64,000 nucleotides of DNA from Jiangellaceae bacterium (GCA_035762665.1 DASTNZ010000040.1:15060-79059); one strand, 5' to 3'. Positions 54,144 through 63,005 are shown, counted from the first letter of the stretch. The notes: generated by a model not told the origin, from the sequence alone. Program-made: numbers and translations.

Positions 54144-55216
54144 CCTCCAGCCTGGTCGGGCCTGGTCGAGATCCGGTTCGCCAGGAGCGCCCGCAGCCGC
54201 TGCAGGCTGTCCTGCACCTTGCGGGTGGGGTCGCCTCCGAGGGCGCTGGTGACCGCGTGGCCGACCGCTCCGGCGATCGGGTTGTAGAAGAGATGCATTT
54301 GCACCCGACTACGCCCACCGCTGTCGGGATCGACCCGGATCGCTCCCGCGTGCGCGACGAGCTGGTCCTCCATGGTGCGCCACGCGATCTCGCGGCCCTC
54401 GACTCGCTTGGTCTCCTCGGCGGCGAACCGAATGTGCGTGCCCGCCGGTCCGGCGACAATCCAGTGAGTGCGCCCGTCGCCGGCGGGCGCCACCTCATGA
54501 ACGTCCGGCATGAATTCTGCGAAGGAGGCGTAGTCACTGACGACAGGCCATACCCCGTCGGGTGCCGCATCGATATTCATCGCCGCCTGGACGTCCACTG
54601 CTCGGCGCCCGGCATTGATACCGGTGATCCGCTTGAGCGGAAGGTTGGTCGCGGCCCTGAGCGCCACGACCGAACCGGCGCCACGGAGCGCCCAGCGCAC
54701 GGGCGGCGAAAAGCGACGCGATGTCGCCCACGCCGCTGCAGCGCTGGAGGTGGCGACCAAACGGGCCGCGGGAGACCAATGTTGTTGAAACATCGCCGGC
54801 TTCGCCTCGCGGCGCACGACGTGGCCATCGAGCGTCACGATGGCGTTCTCCGCACTGACATCGACAGCGTGCGGATCCCCTATGTGACGGCCAGTCGTTT
54901 CCTGGACACGCTGCTCGAGCACAGTGTCGTCCGCCTCAACATCGCGGCTTTGGTAACGGGCAGCCGCCGCGAGGCCACGGGTCCGGTTGGCTACATCGCG
55001 GACGAGCACCCCGACTCCGTTGGTGGCCCGCCGCACTGCCCGCACCGCCCTGTCTTGGGCGCGAGTTCGGCGGGACCGTTCACGATCCGGGTCGAGGAAG
55101 TATTCGATGGCCGCACTAGTGCCAAGCCCTGCTCCGGCGATTCCGGCGGCCTGCACCGGTGCCGGGCGGGCTTCTTGCACAGGCATGAGTCGGCGTAGTT
55201 GTTGTAGTGCGCGCAT
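54140..55216 (-). CDS. BON-domain plus SRPBCC-domain protein
   Basis: BON-like DTVLEQRVQETTGRHIGDPHAVDVSAENAIVTLDGHV, then SRPBCC-like VWPVVSDYASFAEFMPDVHEV...THW...GP.G....F.AEET. Confidence 0.6.
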   Translation of the reverse strand: MRALQQLRRLMPVQEARPAPVQAAGIAGAGLGTSAAIEYFLDPDRERSRRTRAQDRAVRAVRRATNGVGVLVRDVANRTRGLAAAARYQSRDVEADDTVLEQRVQETTGRHIGDPHAVDVSAENAIVTLDGHVVRREAKPAMFQQHWSPAARLVATSSAAAAWATSRRFSPPVRWALRGAGSVVALRAATNLPLKRITGINAGRRAVDVQAAMNIDAAPDGVWPVVSDYASFAEFMPDVHEVAPAGDGRTHWIVAGPAGTHIRFAAEETKRVEGREIAWRTMEDQLVAHAGAIRVDPDSGGRSRVQMHLFYNPIAGAVGHAVTSALGGDPTRKVQDSLQRLRALLANRISTRPDQAGG

Positions 55217-55349
55217 GGAACCTTCCCCCTGTTCGGTTGCCGTCAGCAGCGCGTACCCGGACCTGGTAGTGGTAACCCGTTGTCACCGAACATGGGTTTC
55301 CGGCCCCGCGACGAAGTAAGTGGCCGTGCCCGCGAGAAGGGAGATTCCT

Positions 55350-55626
55350 ATGGCTGCCAAGTCTCGTACCACGACTGACCACCACGAGATCCGCCGCTGG
55401 GTGGAGGAGCACGGCGGGCGACCGGCCAGCGTTCGGGACACCGAGACCGCGAACGCCGTCGGTATGTTGCGCATCGACTTCCCGGGTGGGACCGAAGGGG
55501 TCGACTCGAGCACATCTCCTGGGACGAGTGGTTTCAGAAGTTCGAGGAAGGCGGGCTCGCGCTCGTCTACCAGCAGGAAAGGCGTCGGGCGAGAACAGCA
55601 CGTTCGCCAAGCTCGTCTCGCGTTGA
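55350..55626 (+). pseudogene. Small conserved actinobacterial protein disrupted by two 1-nt deletions in homopolymer runs
   Basis: Frame A: MAAKSRTTTDHHEIRRWVEEHGGRPASVRDTETANAVGMLRIDFPGGTEG. Frame A+2: LEHISWDEWFQKFEEGGLALVYQQE. Frame A+1: ASGENSTFAKLVSR-stop. The shifts are at the G4 run near 55497-55500 and the A3 run near 55578-55580. An RBS (AAGGGAG) precedes the ATG. Confidence 0.6.
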
Positions 55627-55739
55627 TCGGACCGGCCGGGGTCCCACCGCGACCACCGTCCCCAGGCGGGCCGCATGCCGCAACGAGATCTACGGTGGTG
55701 CGGCGGTCCGTGGCCAGCCCGCTGCCGGCCATGGTCAGT

Positions 55740-56453
55740 TCACGACATCCGGCACTGCCAGATCGTCAGTCGCCAGAACAGCCGACTGCCTCGCTGGCTC
55801 AGCCGGATCACGCCGTCAGCGAGCAATCGAGCCACTTCGCGTGCCCTGATCACCACCTCGGGCAGCGGGAATTCGCGACTCGCGACGGCTCGCATGCCTG
55901 GCCCGAACACCCGCTGGGCCGCCTGCAGCACGACTGACTCATTCTGAAGGCTGCCGGTGGGGAGGAAAACGCTTCCGCCAGGCGCGATGTGGTCTTCGAT
56001 GCCGGCAAGCATGGCTACGGGAAGTTCAGCACCGGTAGGGCCGCCACCTCGTCCGTCCGGGAACCAGCCAGTGGCTGAAGCGATGGCGTCAGGCACGCCG
56101 CTAACGTCTGCGATCACGACGTCGGCGCGGACGTCAGGTACCGGTTCGAATAACGACCCGCAGCGGAACTCCGTGTCCTCGGCCAAGCCGAGTCGCTCCG
56201 CATTAGTGGTGGCGCACATTACCGCGGCCGGCGATACGTCACACCCAATCACCCGGCTGGCACCCAGTCGAGCCGCCGCGAAGCTCAAGACACCGCATCC
56301 GCATCCGATATCCAGCACTGTGTCTCCCGCCTTGATGCGCATGGCATCAGCGAGGACCCGGCTTGTGCTGCTGGGCATGAATACGCCCGGCTGCACCGTC
56401 AGCGAGAATGGCCCGCCGGCACCGGTCCACGTGTAAGACTGGCTCTCGCTCAC
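55740..56453 (-). CDS. Class I SAM-dependent methyltransferase (small-domain, PrmC/RsmC-like)
   Basis: VLDIGCGCGVLSFAAARLGA..VIGCDVS is SAM-binding motif I. GTG 56453 follows AAGGAGAA. No NPPY motif (VIADVSGVPD instead). Confidence 0.7.
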   Translation of the reverse strand: MSESQSYTWTGAGGPFSLTVQPGVFMPSSTSRVLADAMRIKAGDTVLDIGCGCGVLSFAAARLGASRVIGCDVSPAAVMCATTNAERLGLAEDTEFRCGSLFEPVPDVRADVVIADVSGVPDAIASATGWFPDGRGGGPTGAELPVAMLAGIEDHIAPGGSVFLPTGSLQNESVVLQAAQRVFGPGMRAVASREFPLPEVVIRAREVARLLADGVIRLSQRGSRLFWRLTIWQCRMS

Positions 56454-56578
56454 AACTTTCTCCTTGGCCTCAAGACGGGCGACGTCAGTGCTGCTGGGGC
56501 GAACTTCTAGCTGCGCTCCACGGTTGCCGTAACAGCCGTCGTGCCCCCGATTCAGTGGACACTTGTGTTGTGCCCCGT

Positions 56579-56803
56579 CTACGGCGTCCGTAACTGATTT
56601 TGCCAGGAAGCCGGACCTACCAATACTAGGCGGCTGGGTAAACCTTCGAGCATCACCCACTGGGCGAAGACGATCGTGACGCCGACGCCCAGCGCGCTCT
56701 CCGAACTTCCGTTACATGACCGGTTTGTCTGGGTCGCCGTCTCGCCCTTCGGTGGGTCGAACTGCAGGCTCTTGGTGTACGGATCCTCGCGTCCCACGGT
56801 CAT
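56579..56803 (-). CDS. Hypothetical small protein (74 aa), uncertain
   Basis: ATG overlaps the stop of the upstream 46-codon ORF (ATGA). The first about 27 codons have genome-like codon-3 G+C, which decays toward the 3' end. One hydrophobic stretch, ALGVGVTIVFAQWVML. Confidence 0.25.
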   Translation of the reverse strand: MTVGREDPYTKSLQFDPPKGETATQTNRSCNGSSESALGVGVTIVFAQWVMLEGLPSRLVLVGPASWQNQLRTP

Positions 56804-56940
56804 GGCTGCATGGCCTGGACGTACCTGTCCCGCGCGTCCTCGACGGTTCTCTGACCGGTCACGATCTCGTGCGCGAGGTTGATGGCCAGGAAGTGGCTCT
56901 CATAAATGCTCGGTGGTTGGCTGGTCGTCATGTCGGTCAT
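56800..56940 (-). CDS. Hypothetical small protein (46 aa), not in the supplied ORF track
   Basis: MTDMTTSQPPSIYESHFLAINLAHEIVTGQRTVEDARDRYVQAMQP. Codon-3 G+C is about 80%, like real genes here. The stop overlaps the next ATG. No clear RBS. Confidence 0.3.
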   Translation of the reverse strand: MTDMTTSQPPSIYESHFLAINLAHEIVTGQRTVEDARDRYVQAMQP

Positions 56941-57026
56941 TGGTTTGATTCGCACGACGCAGACCCGACCGGTCATCCGGCAACTGCGCGCGTTTTCCAG
57001 TCCTCGGGCAGGGGTATCGAGCAGTC

Positions 57027-57479
57027 ATGGAACAGATCGACGTGCGCAGTTCGACAATCGACGATGGCGGGCGCATCCCTGATCGGCACAGCCATGACGG
57101 ACCGAACATTTCGCCGGCCATCGAATGGGTCGGAGTACCCAAAGAGGCGGCCGAGGTCGTGCTCATGTGCGCGGACCCGGACGCTCCGAGCGGTACGTTC
57201 TTGCACTGGTTGGTGACGGGGATCGATCCACACACCGGCGGCGTGCCGGAGGGACGCACACCCCCGGGCGGCCGTGAGTGGGCTAACGGCTTCGGCGAGC
57301 AGGGCTGGGGTGGGCCGGCGCCGCCACCGGGTGACGGACCACATCGTTACCTGTTCGAGGTCTACGCCTTAGCCCAGCCGATCGAGCTGCCTGACCGCCC
57401 GAGCGCTGACGATGTCCGCCGGGCTACCGAGGGAATTACGATGGCGCAGGGAACACTCCTCGGCCGGTACGAGCGTTAA
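57027..57479 (+). CDS. YbhB/YbcL family Raf-kinase-inhibitor-like (PEBP) protein
   Basis: DPDAPSGTFLHW and GPHRYLFEVYAL are the PEBP signature motifs. Confidence 0.85.
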   Translation: MEQIDVRSSTIDDGGRIPDRHSHDGPNISPAIEWVGVPKEAAEVVLMCADPDAPSGTFLHWLVTGIDPHTGGVPEGRTPPGGREWANGFGEQGWGGPAPPPGDGPHRYLFEVYALAQPIELPDRPSADDVRRATEGITMAQGTLLGRYER

Positions 57480-57667
57480 CTGCCGTTGTGCGCGTAAGCA
57501 TTGTGCGGTGGCTCACGCCACGGAATCTCCAGGCAGACCGCCCCCCAGGTCAAACCAATGGCGATGACAAGGAACCAACTTAAGCCGAGCGCGGCGGCGA
57601 AGAGCCCGATGGCGAGTGTCGAAACCCAAGCCCACCACTTGATGCGCCGGGGTTCGGCCGCGTCCAT
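57476..57667 (-). CDS. Small two-TM membrane protein (hypothetical)
   Basis: 63 aa. WWAWVSTLAIGLFAAALGLSWFLVIAIGLTWGAVCL. Its 3' end overlaps the convergent PEBP gene. Confidence 0.4.
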   Translation of the reverse strand: MDAAEPRRIKWWAWVSTLAIGLFAAALGLSWFLVIAIGLTWGAVCLEIPWREPPHNAYAHNGS

Positions 57668-57888
57668 GCATGGGTAGTCCTACCAATCCAATGATCACGA
57701 CAACGTAGCCGAGGGCAGCCAGCACCAGAGCACGAGCATCCGAGTGCCCATAGCCGCGTCCTCATGCGCCGTCAACCCGTTCGGTGCTCTTACCCACCCC
57801 CCGGGGCGCTCATGCCGGATGGCTTATCCATACTCGGGGTTCCGCGGCGCATACCGGGGTAAAGAGTGACTCCGCTGTCCTGGAGGTC

Positions 57889-58122
57889 ATGATGAGTCAG
57901 ACAACTGAGCAGGAGATCGTGCGGATCGACGCCACGCTCGAGTCGTTGCAGCAGAAGCGTCGTAAGTGCACAGATCCGGCGGAGATCCTGCGGGTCAGCG
58001 AGTCGATCGACCTGAGTCTCGACGAGCGGCTGCGCCTCATGAGTGACAGGGACGGCAAGAACGGCCGGAAGCGCAATTCCGGCGCCCTGGGCCGCGGACG
58101 CCGTCGGCAAGGTTCTTACTAG
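57889..58122 (+). CDS. Small charged hypothetical protein (77 aa)
   Basis: The ATGATG start is preceded by GGAGG. Helical, charged sequence with a basic tail. Codon-3 G+C is fairly high. Confidence 0.4.
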   Translation: MMSQTTEQEIVRIDATLESLQQKRRKCTDPAEILRVSESIDLSLDERLRLMSDRDGKNGRKRNSGALGRGRRRQGSY

Positions 58123-58176
58123 CGCCAGTTGCGGCCGCAGCCGGTTGGGACCGGCGCGACAGGTTCGCCCCTTCCA

Positions 58177-58212
58177 GTCACCTGATCGCCCTTGGCGCGA
58201 CGATCAGGTGAC
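58177..58212. terminator. Perfect 12-bp hairpin between convergent small genes
   Basis: GTCACCTGATCG-(12 nt)-CGATCAGGTGAC. Confidence 0.4.
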
Positions 58213-58227
58213 CGCGAAATGACGAGA

Positions 58228-58431
58228 TCAAGGGATCGGTTCTGGTTCAGGTCGTGGTTCGGGCTCTGGCAACGGTCCCGGCGGTGGGCCGGTCGGGCTC
58301 GGCTCGGGCGTGGGTGCCGGTGGCACCGGGCGCTCGGGCGCCGGTCCCGGCGGTGTCGGATCGGCCATAGGGCGAGTCGGCGGAGTCGGATCGGGATCCG
58401 GCCCCGGTGGTACGGGGCTGGCGAACGTCAT
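58228..58431 (-). CDS. Proline-rich low-complexity small ORF (67 aa), uncertain
   Basis: MTFASPVPPGPDPDPTPPTRP...PEPEPRPEPEPIP. ATG is preceded by GGAAGGG about 10 nt upstream. The antisense frames give Arg- or Gly-rich nonsense. Confidence 0.25.
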   Translation of the reverse strand: MTFASPVPPGPDPDPTPPTRPMADPTPPGPAPERPVPPAPTPEPSPTGPPPGPLPEPEPRPEPEPIP

Positions 58432-58486
58432 CGAATGCGTACCCTTCCTGGTTCTGCAGGAACCATCGGTGTGGCACGGGTTGGCA

Positions 58487-58984
58487 TCAGGGCACCGGCG
58501 CTGTTGCTCTGCCGCCAAGCGTGGCCAGACCCACGATCCAGCCCACGAAGAGGCCATATCCTGCTCCGACGCCGGCTGCCTGGAGGGCCCCGAGTAGCGA
58601 AGGGTCGCTCTGGATCAAAGCAGCCAGGAGTCCGGCGGCCGCACCCGCGAAGATGTAGGCGGCCCATCCAGCCAGCAACTGGCTGACCGTCCCCCGGACT
58701 CGCGCTAGCTGCGAACCAGGTAGCAGGGTCAGGAACACGCCGGAGAAAGCAATGACCAGCAGGGCGCGGAGAATGGCGGCGAAATTGTCTCTCACCGTCG
58801 CGTCCGCGTCGAACTGCCAGGACGGCCAGGCAAGCAGGTGCAGGAACCACCCTCCGGCCGTTTCAGGATCCGCGTTGTCCCGGACCCAGTCGACGTACAA
58901 CGGGCTGCCGAACACAGCCACGAGCACGAATGCCGCGACGAGTCCTAATCCAGTCGCGGTGCGGTACCGAGTAGCAACCACCAT
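58487..58984 (-). CDS. Integral membrane protein (4 predicted TM helices), hypothetical
   Basis: 165 aa with four clear hydrophobic segments and genome-like codon usage. Confidence 0.55.
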   Translation of the reverse strand: MVVATRYRTATGLGLVAAFVLVAVFGSPLYVDWVRDNADPETAGGWFLHLLAWPSWQFDADATVRDNFAAILRALLVIAFSGVFLTLLPGSQLARVRGTVSQLLAGWAAYIFAGAAAGLLAALIQSDPSLLGALQAAGVGAGYGLFVGWIVGLATLGGRATAPVP

Positions 58985-59052
58985 GCATGGTCAATTCCCG
59001 GCATAGAGCACCACAAACCAATGATCGTCAGCGAAGCTGGCCGACAAACCGG

Positions 59053-59817
59053 TCATATCGACCAGTGGACGAATTGCTGGCCTGTAAGGGCTCGAAGGCG
59101 GGTGGCATCCTCCACAAACTCGTGAGCGAGCCGGTTCCGAAGGCCGTCCGGCACGGCGACGTCGCGACCCCTTGCCACGTTCCACCGCTGCGCCGGCGGA
59201 AAATGCTGGGGCGGTTCGACCCCAAGGAACCGGTAGACCAGCTTCAGGCCGAGTTGGGGATCGTGAAGAAGATCCGCCTGGTCCATGATCATGATCTGCT
59301 CGCGCGAAAAGTGCTCGAGAAACGGCGCGAGGCGATCGCAGTAGCGACCCCTGGCGATGTACTGGCTGGCTGGGTCTAGGAGCGCTTCGGCGACGGGGCG
59401 CGTCTCGGTGCCGTCGGCACGGTGGTGGCGGTACTGCGAGACGGCCCGATCTATCGGGTCCCGGACGAGGTACACCAGGCGCACGCCCGGTATCGCGCCC
59501 ACCATCCGACCGGCTACCTCCGGGTGGTCAGGGGACGTGTAGCCCGGCGAGGACTCCCCCCGGACGGCAGCCCGGCCGTCGAACTGGCGCGCGTACCACT
59601 CGAGTCCGCGATGCCAGGTCGAGGACGCGCCCTCGCCCGGATTGGTGGCCGGACCGAAGAAGAAGTTGAGTTCCTTGGCGCTGGCCATCGCTACATCGGG
59701 GTGCTGGTCAAGTAGGCCATGCAAGGCGGTCGTGCCGCATTTCATGGCACCAATGATGATCAAATTTGGCAATGCGCCGGGTGTCGCCCCGGCTTTCGGA
59801 CCGCCGGAGCTGGTCAT
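59053..59817 (-). CDS. Sulfotransferase family protein (PAPS-dependent)
   Basis: NLIIIGAMKCGTTAL is the 5'-PSB loop; RLVYLVRDPIDRAVS is the 3'-PB region. Start trimmed to ATG 59817; the upstream part of the track ORF is Arg-rich nonsense. Confidence 0.8.
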   Translation of the reverse strand: MTSSGGPKAGATPGALPNLIIIGAMKCGTTALHGLLDQHPDVAMASAKELNFFFGPATNPGEGASSTWHRGLEWYARQFDGRAAVRGESSPGYTSPDHPEVAGRMVGAIPGVRLVYLVRDPIDRAVSQYRHHRADGTETRPVAEALLDPASQYIARGRYCDRLAPFLEHFSREQIMIMDQADLLHDPQLGLKLVYRFLGVEPPQHFPPAQRWNVARGRDVAVPDGLRNRLAHEFVEDATRLRALTGQQFVHWSI

Positions 59818-60104
59818 CGACAGGCCCGTTGCGCTAGCAGTGAGGCGCCAAGCCTGATGGTGTCGGTCATCCGAACATCTCCTATGACGCAAAAGTCGAT
59901 GTCCTGCTGCTTGCGCTCGGTCCACACCGGCGCAATCGACACCCAGTCGGGACGCCACGGCGGGCATTGCTTTTCGTAGAAATGCGGACCATCGACACCA
60001 TGCGGGTAGCGCTTCATGGTCAGCCCCCGGCCGGCGAGGTGCGGTAGCTTGAGCTCCCGGCCCTCGACCGCGACCGTGCCTTCAGCCAGTTGAGCGGTGG
60101 GCAT
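59814..60104 (-). pseudogene. LigD polymerase/primase-domain relic (96 codons versus about 290 expected)
   Basis: VAVEGRELKL / PHLAGRGLTMKRYPHGVDGPHFYEKQ.P...PDWV resembles the N-terminal third of LigD-Pol with an internal gap. It then ends. Its ATG overlaps the ligase stop (TAATG) and its stop overlaps the sulfotransferase ATG (ATGA). Confidence 0.6.
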
Positions 60105-61525
60105 TACGCCGTCCCTTCCCTCACAACCTCTGACGGCGGCTTGTCTTCGCGCAGACCCTGGTAGGACGGATGACGGAGCGTCCCGGCCTGCGTCCACTCA
60201 CCGAAGGTCACCTCGCATACCAGCTCGGGCCGGACGAAGACGGCGCCCTTCTCAGGCTGCCGGCCGGTGAATGGGCTGCTCTTGCGTTGGAGCGGCGTCA
60301 GCCGCTCGCGCAACAGTTTCAAGGCGTCGGCGTTGAACCCGGTGCCGACTTTGCCGGCATAACGCAGCTCACCATCGGCGTAATAACCGACGAGTAGCGC
60401 GCCGAGCCCACCCTCCCGCCGTCCCTTGCCTGGCAGCCAGCCACCAATCACGACCTCTTGGCTGCGCACATTTTTGATCTTCAGCCAGTCCTGGCTGCGG
60501 CGTCCCGGCCGGTACTTGCTGTCCAGCCGCTTGGCAATGATCCCTTCAAGGCCTTGTTCGCGGCTAGCATCACGCAGCACGGAACCCTCGCCGCGGTGGT
60601 ATTCCGGCACCTGCCAGCTCGGACCGCCCAGCTTGAGCTTGTCGAGCTGTCGGCGCCGGGTCTCGTACGGTTCATCGAGCAGCGGCCGGCCATCGAGGTA
60701 CAGCAGATCAAAGATCACGTAAGTGACTGGAATCTGGCGCTGGCGGCGCCGGATCTCCGACTCTGACGTCACGTGCATGCGCGGCTGCAGCCGCTGGAAG
60801 CTCGGCCGGCCGTCGTCATCGAACGCAACCAACTCGCCGTCCAGCACGACCTTGCGCGCACCGAGTTGGCGGCCGATTCTCCCGATCTCGGGATATTGGT
60901 CGGTGATATCGCGCGCGTTTCGGCTGATCAGGCGCAGCTGGCCGGGCTCGTAGTGCGCGAGGGCGCGGACTCCGTCCCACTTGATCTCGAACCCCCAGCT
61001 CTCCTCGTCGGCCGGCAAGTCGGCGAGGGTTGCCTTCATCGGGCTAATCGTTCCGGGCTCCGGGTTACCCGGCTGCTCGGGTGGATCCATGCGGTGGATG
61101 AGCCAGTCCTTATTGGTGCGGAACAGCGCGTACATCCCGTGGACGCGCTCGCCGTCCAGCCGCATCACGATCTTGTCGTCTCGGAACTCCTCCGCCTCGT
61201 ATGTTCCGCGGTCCCAGATGGTCATCGTGCCGGCGCCGTACTGGCCCTGCGGGATCTCGCCTTCGAAATCGAGGTACTCGAGCGGGTGGTCCTCGGTCTG
61301 CACGGCAAGCCGGTTGTGCTCTGGGTCGTCTGGGACGCCGCGGGGCAGTGCCCACGAAAGCAGTACGCCGTTGTGCTCCAAGCGCAGGTCCCAGTGGAGC
61401 CGCCGAGCATGGTGTTCCTGCACGACGAACCGGTTGCCGTCGGTCTTACGGCGTGCCTCGCCTCGCGGTTCCGGCGTTTTCCCGAACGAGCGCCGGCGCC
61501 GGTACTCGGCGAGTCGGTTGGCCAT
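60104..61525 (-). CDS. ligD: ATP-dependent DNA ligase LigD, phosphoesterase + ligase domains only
   Basis: PE domain FVVQEHHARRLHWDLRLE. Ligase nucleotidyl-transferase motif I FEIKWDGVRAL. OB-fold C-terminus RHPSYQGLREDK. Start trimmed to ATG 61525. Confidence 0.9.
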   Translation of the reverse strand: MANRLAEYRRRRSFGKTPEPRGEARRKTDGNRFVVQEHHARRLHWDLRLEHNGVLLSWALPRGVPDDPEHNRLAVQTEDHPLEYLDFEGEIPQGQYGAGTMTIWDRGTYEAEEFRDDKIVMRLDGERVHGMYALFRTNKDWLIHRMDPPEQPGNPEPGTISPMKATLADLPADEESWGFEIKWDGVRALAHYEPGQLRLISRNARDITDQYPEIGRIGRQLGARKVVLDGELVAFDDDGRPSFQRLQPRMHVTSESEIRRRQRQIPVTYVIFDLLYLDGRPLLDEPYETRRRQLDKLKLGGPSWQVPEYHRGEGSVLRDASREQGLEGIIAKRLDSKYRPGRRSQDWLKIKNVRSQEVVIGGWLPGKGRREGGLGALLVGYYADGELRYAGKVGTGFNADALKLLRERLTPLQRKSSPFTGRQPEKGAVFVRPELVCEVTFGEWTQAGTLRHPSYQGLREDKPPSEVVREGTA

Positions 61526-61581
61526 AGCCGTCCGATACCCGTTTGCCCGAGCACCGACACACGAGCAACCTTGCGACAAGG

Positions 61582-62565
61582 TCAGCTGGCCCACGCCAGC
61601 AGAGGCTCGTGTCGCTCAGGGTCGCGAAGGTGCTGGAGCGACTCCTTCTCGAGCTGGCGCACCCGCTCCTTGGTGAGACCGACGTAGTCGGCGACCTCTT
61701 GAAGCGTGTGCTCGCGGCCGTCGTGCAGCCCGTAGCGCATGCTCACGATCATTGCCTCGCGCGGGGCGAGCGTGTCGACGAGCGAGCGCAACTCAGCACC
61801 CAGCGCCTTGAACTCGACCACCTCGGTAGCCTGGAGGACGGTGGTGTCCTCGATCAGGTCGCCGATCCTGGTGTCGCCGTCCTCACCGATCGGCAGGTCC
61901 AGGCTCACCACGTCACGCGAGACGTTCTGGAGGTACTCGACGCGCTCCGCCGGCATCTCCGCTGCCTGGGCGATCTCTTCCGCGGTCGCATCGCGGCCCA
62001 GCTCGACCTGAAGCTTACGTTCGGCCCGCCCTAGCTTGGACAGGTCCTCGATGACATGCACCGGCAGTCGGACGGTCCGGGCCTGGTCGGCGCGGCCGCG
62101 TTCGATCGCCTGGCGGATCCACCACATGGCGTAGGTCGAGAACTTGAACCCCTTGCGGTAGTCGAACTTCTCGACGGCCCGGATCAGGCCGAGGTTGCCG
62201 TCCTGCACCACATCCAGGAAGGACACCCCGACGTTGCGGTAGTACTTGCGCGCAGCCGAGACCACAAGCCGCAGGTTTGCGCGGATCATGTGGTCCTTGG
62301 CCCGCTCACCATCGCGAGCGATCTCCTCGAGCTCGGCTCGCGGGGCGGGCAGCTTGTCGCGCTCTCTGGCGTCGGCCTGGCGCAGCAGTTCATCGGCGTA
62401 GACACCGGCCTCGATCCGCTTTGCCAGCTCGACTTCCTCGTCAGCAGTGAGCAGGGGAGTCGAGCCGATTTGCTTGAGGTACTGGCCGACCAGGTCGTAG
62501 TCGCCCTCGATCTCGTATGGCTCGCGCCGCTGGGCGGTGCGAGTCCCGTAGTCAATTCCATTCAC
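61582..62565 (-). CDS. RNA polymerase sigma-70 factor, group 2 (SigB/HrdB-like, non-essential principal-like)
   Basis: [31 protein letters not shown] (1.2), [26 protein letters not shown] (2.x), [14 protein letters not shown] (4.2). The GTG at 62565 is 10 nt after AGGAGA; an alternative GTG lies at 62574. Confidence 0.9.
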   Translation of the reverse strand: MNGIDYGTRTAQRREPYEIEGDYDLVGQYLKQIGSTPLLTADEEVELAKRIEAGVYADELLRQADARERDKLPAPRAELEEIARDGERAKDHMIRANLRLVVSAARKYYRNVGVSFLDVVQDGNLGLIRAVEKFDYRKGFKFSTYAMWWIRQAIERGRADQARTVRLPVHVIEDLSKLGRAERKLQVELGRDATAEEIAQAAEMPAERVEYLQNVSRDVVSLDLPIGEDGDTRIGDLIEDTTVLQATEVVEFKALGAELRSLVDTLAPREAMIVSMRYGLHDGREHTLQEVADYVGLTKERVRQLEKESLQHLRDPERHEPLLAWAS

Positions 62566-62631
62566 TGTGCTCACGTCTCCTATTTGCTGTCTCCTTTGCC
62601 GATACCCGGAGCGATTCGCGCTAGTCGGGGG

Positions 62632-62660
62632 TCTGTGCGCGCGTCTTTCTGTGCGCGCGT
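62632..62660. promoter_or_regulatory. Tandem 13-bp direct repeat upstream of the group-2 sigma gene
   Basis: TCTGTGCGCGCGT at 62632-62644 and again at 62648-62660 (16-bp periodicity), about 60-95 bp upstream of the sigma start codon. Confidence 0.3.
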
Positions 62661-62693
62661 TTAGGGCCTGCACGCTGGGGCAGGGCAGAACTC

Positions 62694-62936
62694 GTGACTG
62701 ATTCGAACAAGCAGCCTGACGCCGACCGGCATCGTGACGCCGTCCGGCCCGGCGTGGACCGGCAGGCTGCGCAACCCGATGAGCAGCCCACCTGGAAAAC
62801 AACTACAACGCCGAACGAGCACGAAGACTTCCCGGGCCAGATGCTCGTCACCCGCGACCAGCGCACCATCATGGCCTGGGAGCAGCAGCGCGACGCAGTG
62901 CCGGTCTTCACCAAGCTTGCGCCGTGCACCTCGTAG
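62694..62936 (+). CDS. Hypothetical small protein (80 aa)
   Basis: GTG start, codon-3 G+C about 80%. [21 protein letters not shown] loosely echoes the TTDHHEIRRWVEEHGGRPA motif of the disrupted gene at 55350. Confidence 0.35.
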   Translation: MTDSNKQPDADRHRDAVRPGVDRQAAQPDEQPTWKTTTTPNEHEDFPGQMLVTRDQRTIMAWEQQRDAVPVFTKLAPCTS

Positions 62937-63005
62937 TTCAAGGCGAAGCGTTCGAGGAATATTCCCTAAATGTCGAGTCTCTGATGTTTAACAGCTCTGG
63001 CCTGA

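Noticed and set aside
57513-57765. Overlapping small hydrophobic ORFs upstream of the 63-aa membrane protein. These might be a frameshifted longer membrane protein.
   Set aside because: The frames cannot be joined convincingly by eye, and none has an RBS or a recognisable family.
58228-58560. Repetitive GC-rich stretch considered as a CRISPR array or tandem repeat.
   Set aside because: There are no regularly spaced identical repeats. The periodicity reflects Pro/Glu (or antisense Gly/Ser) codon repetition.
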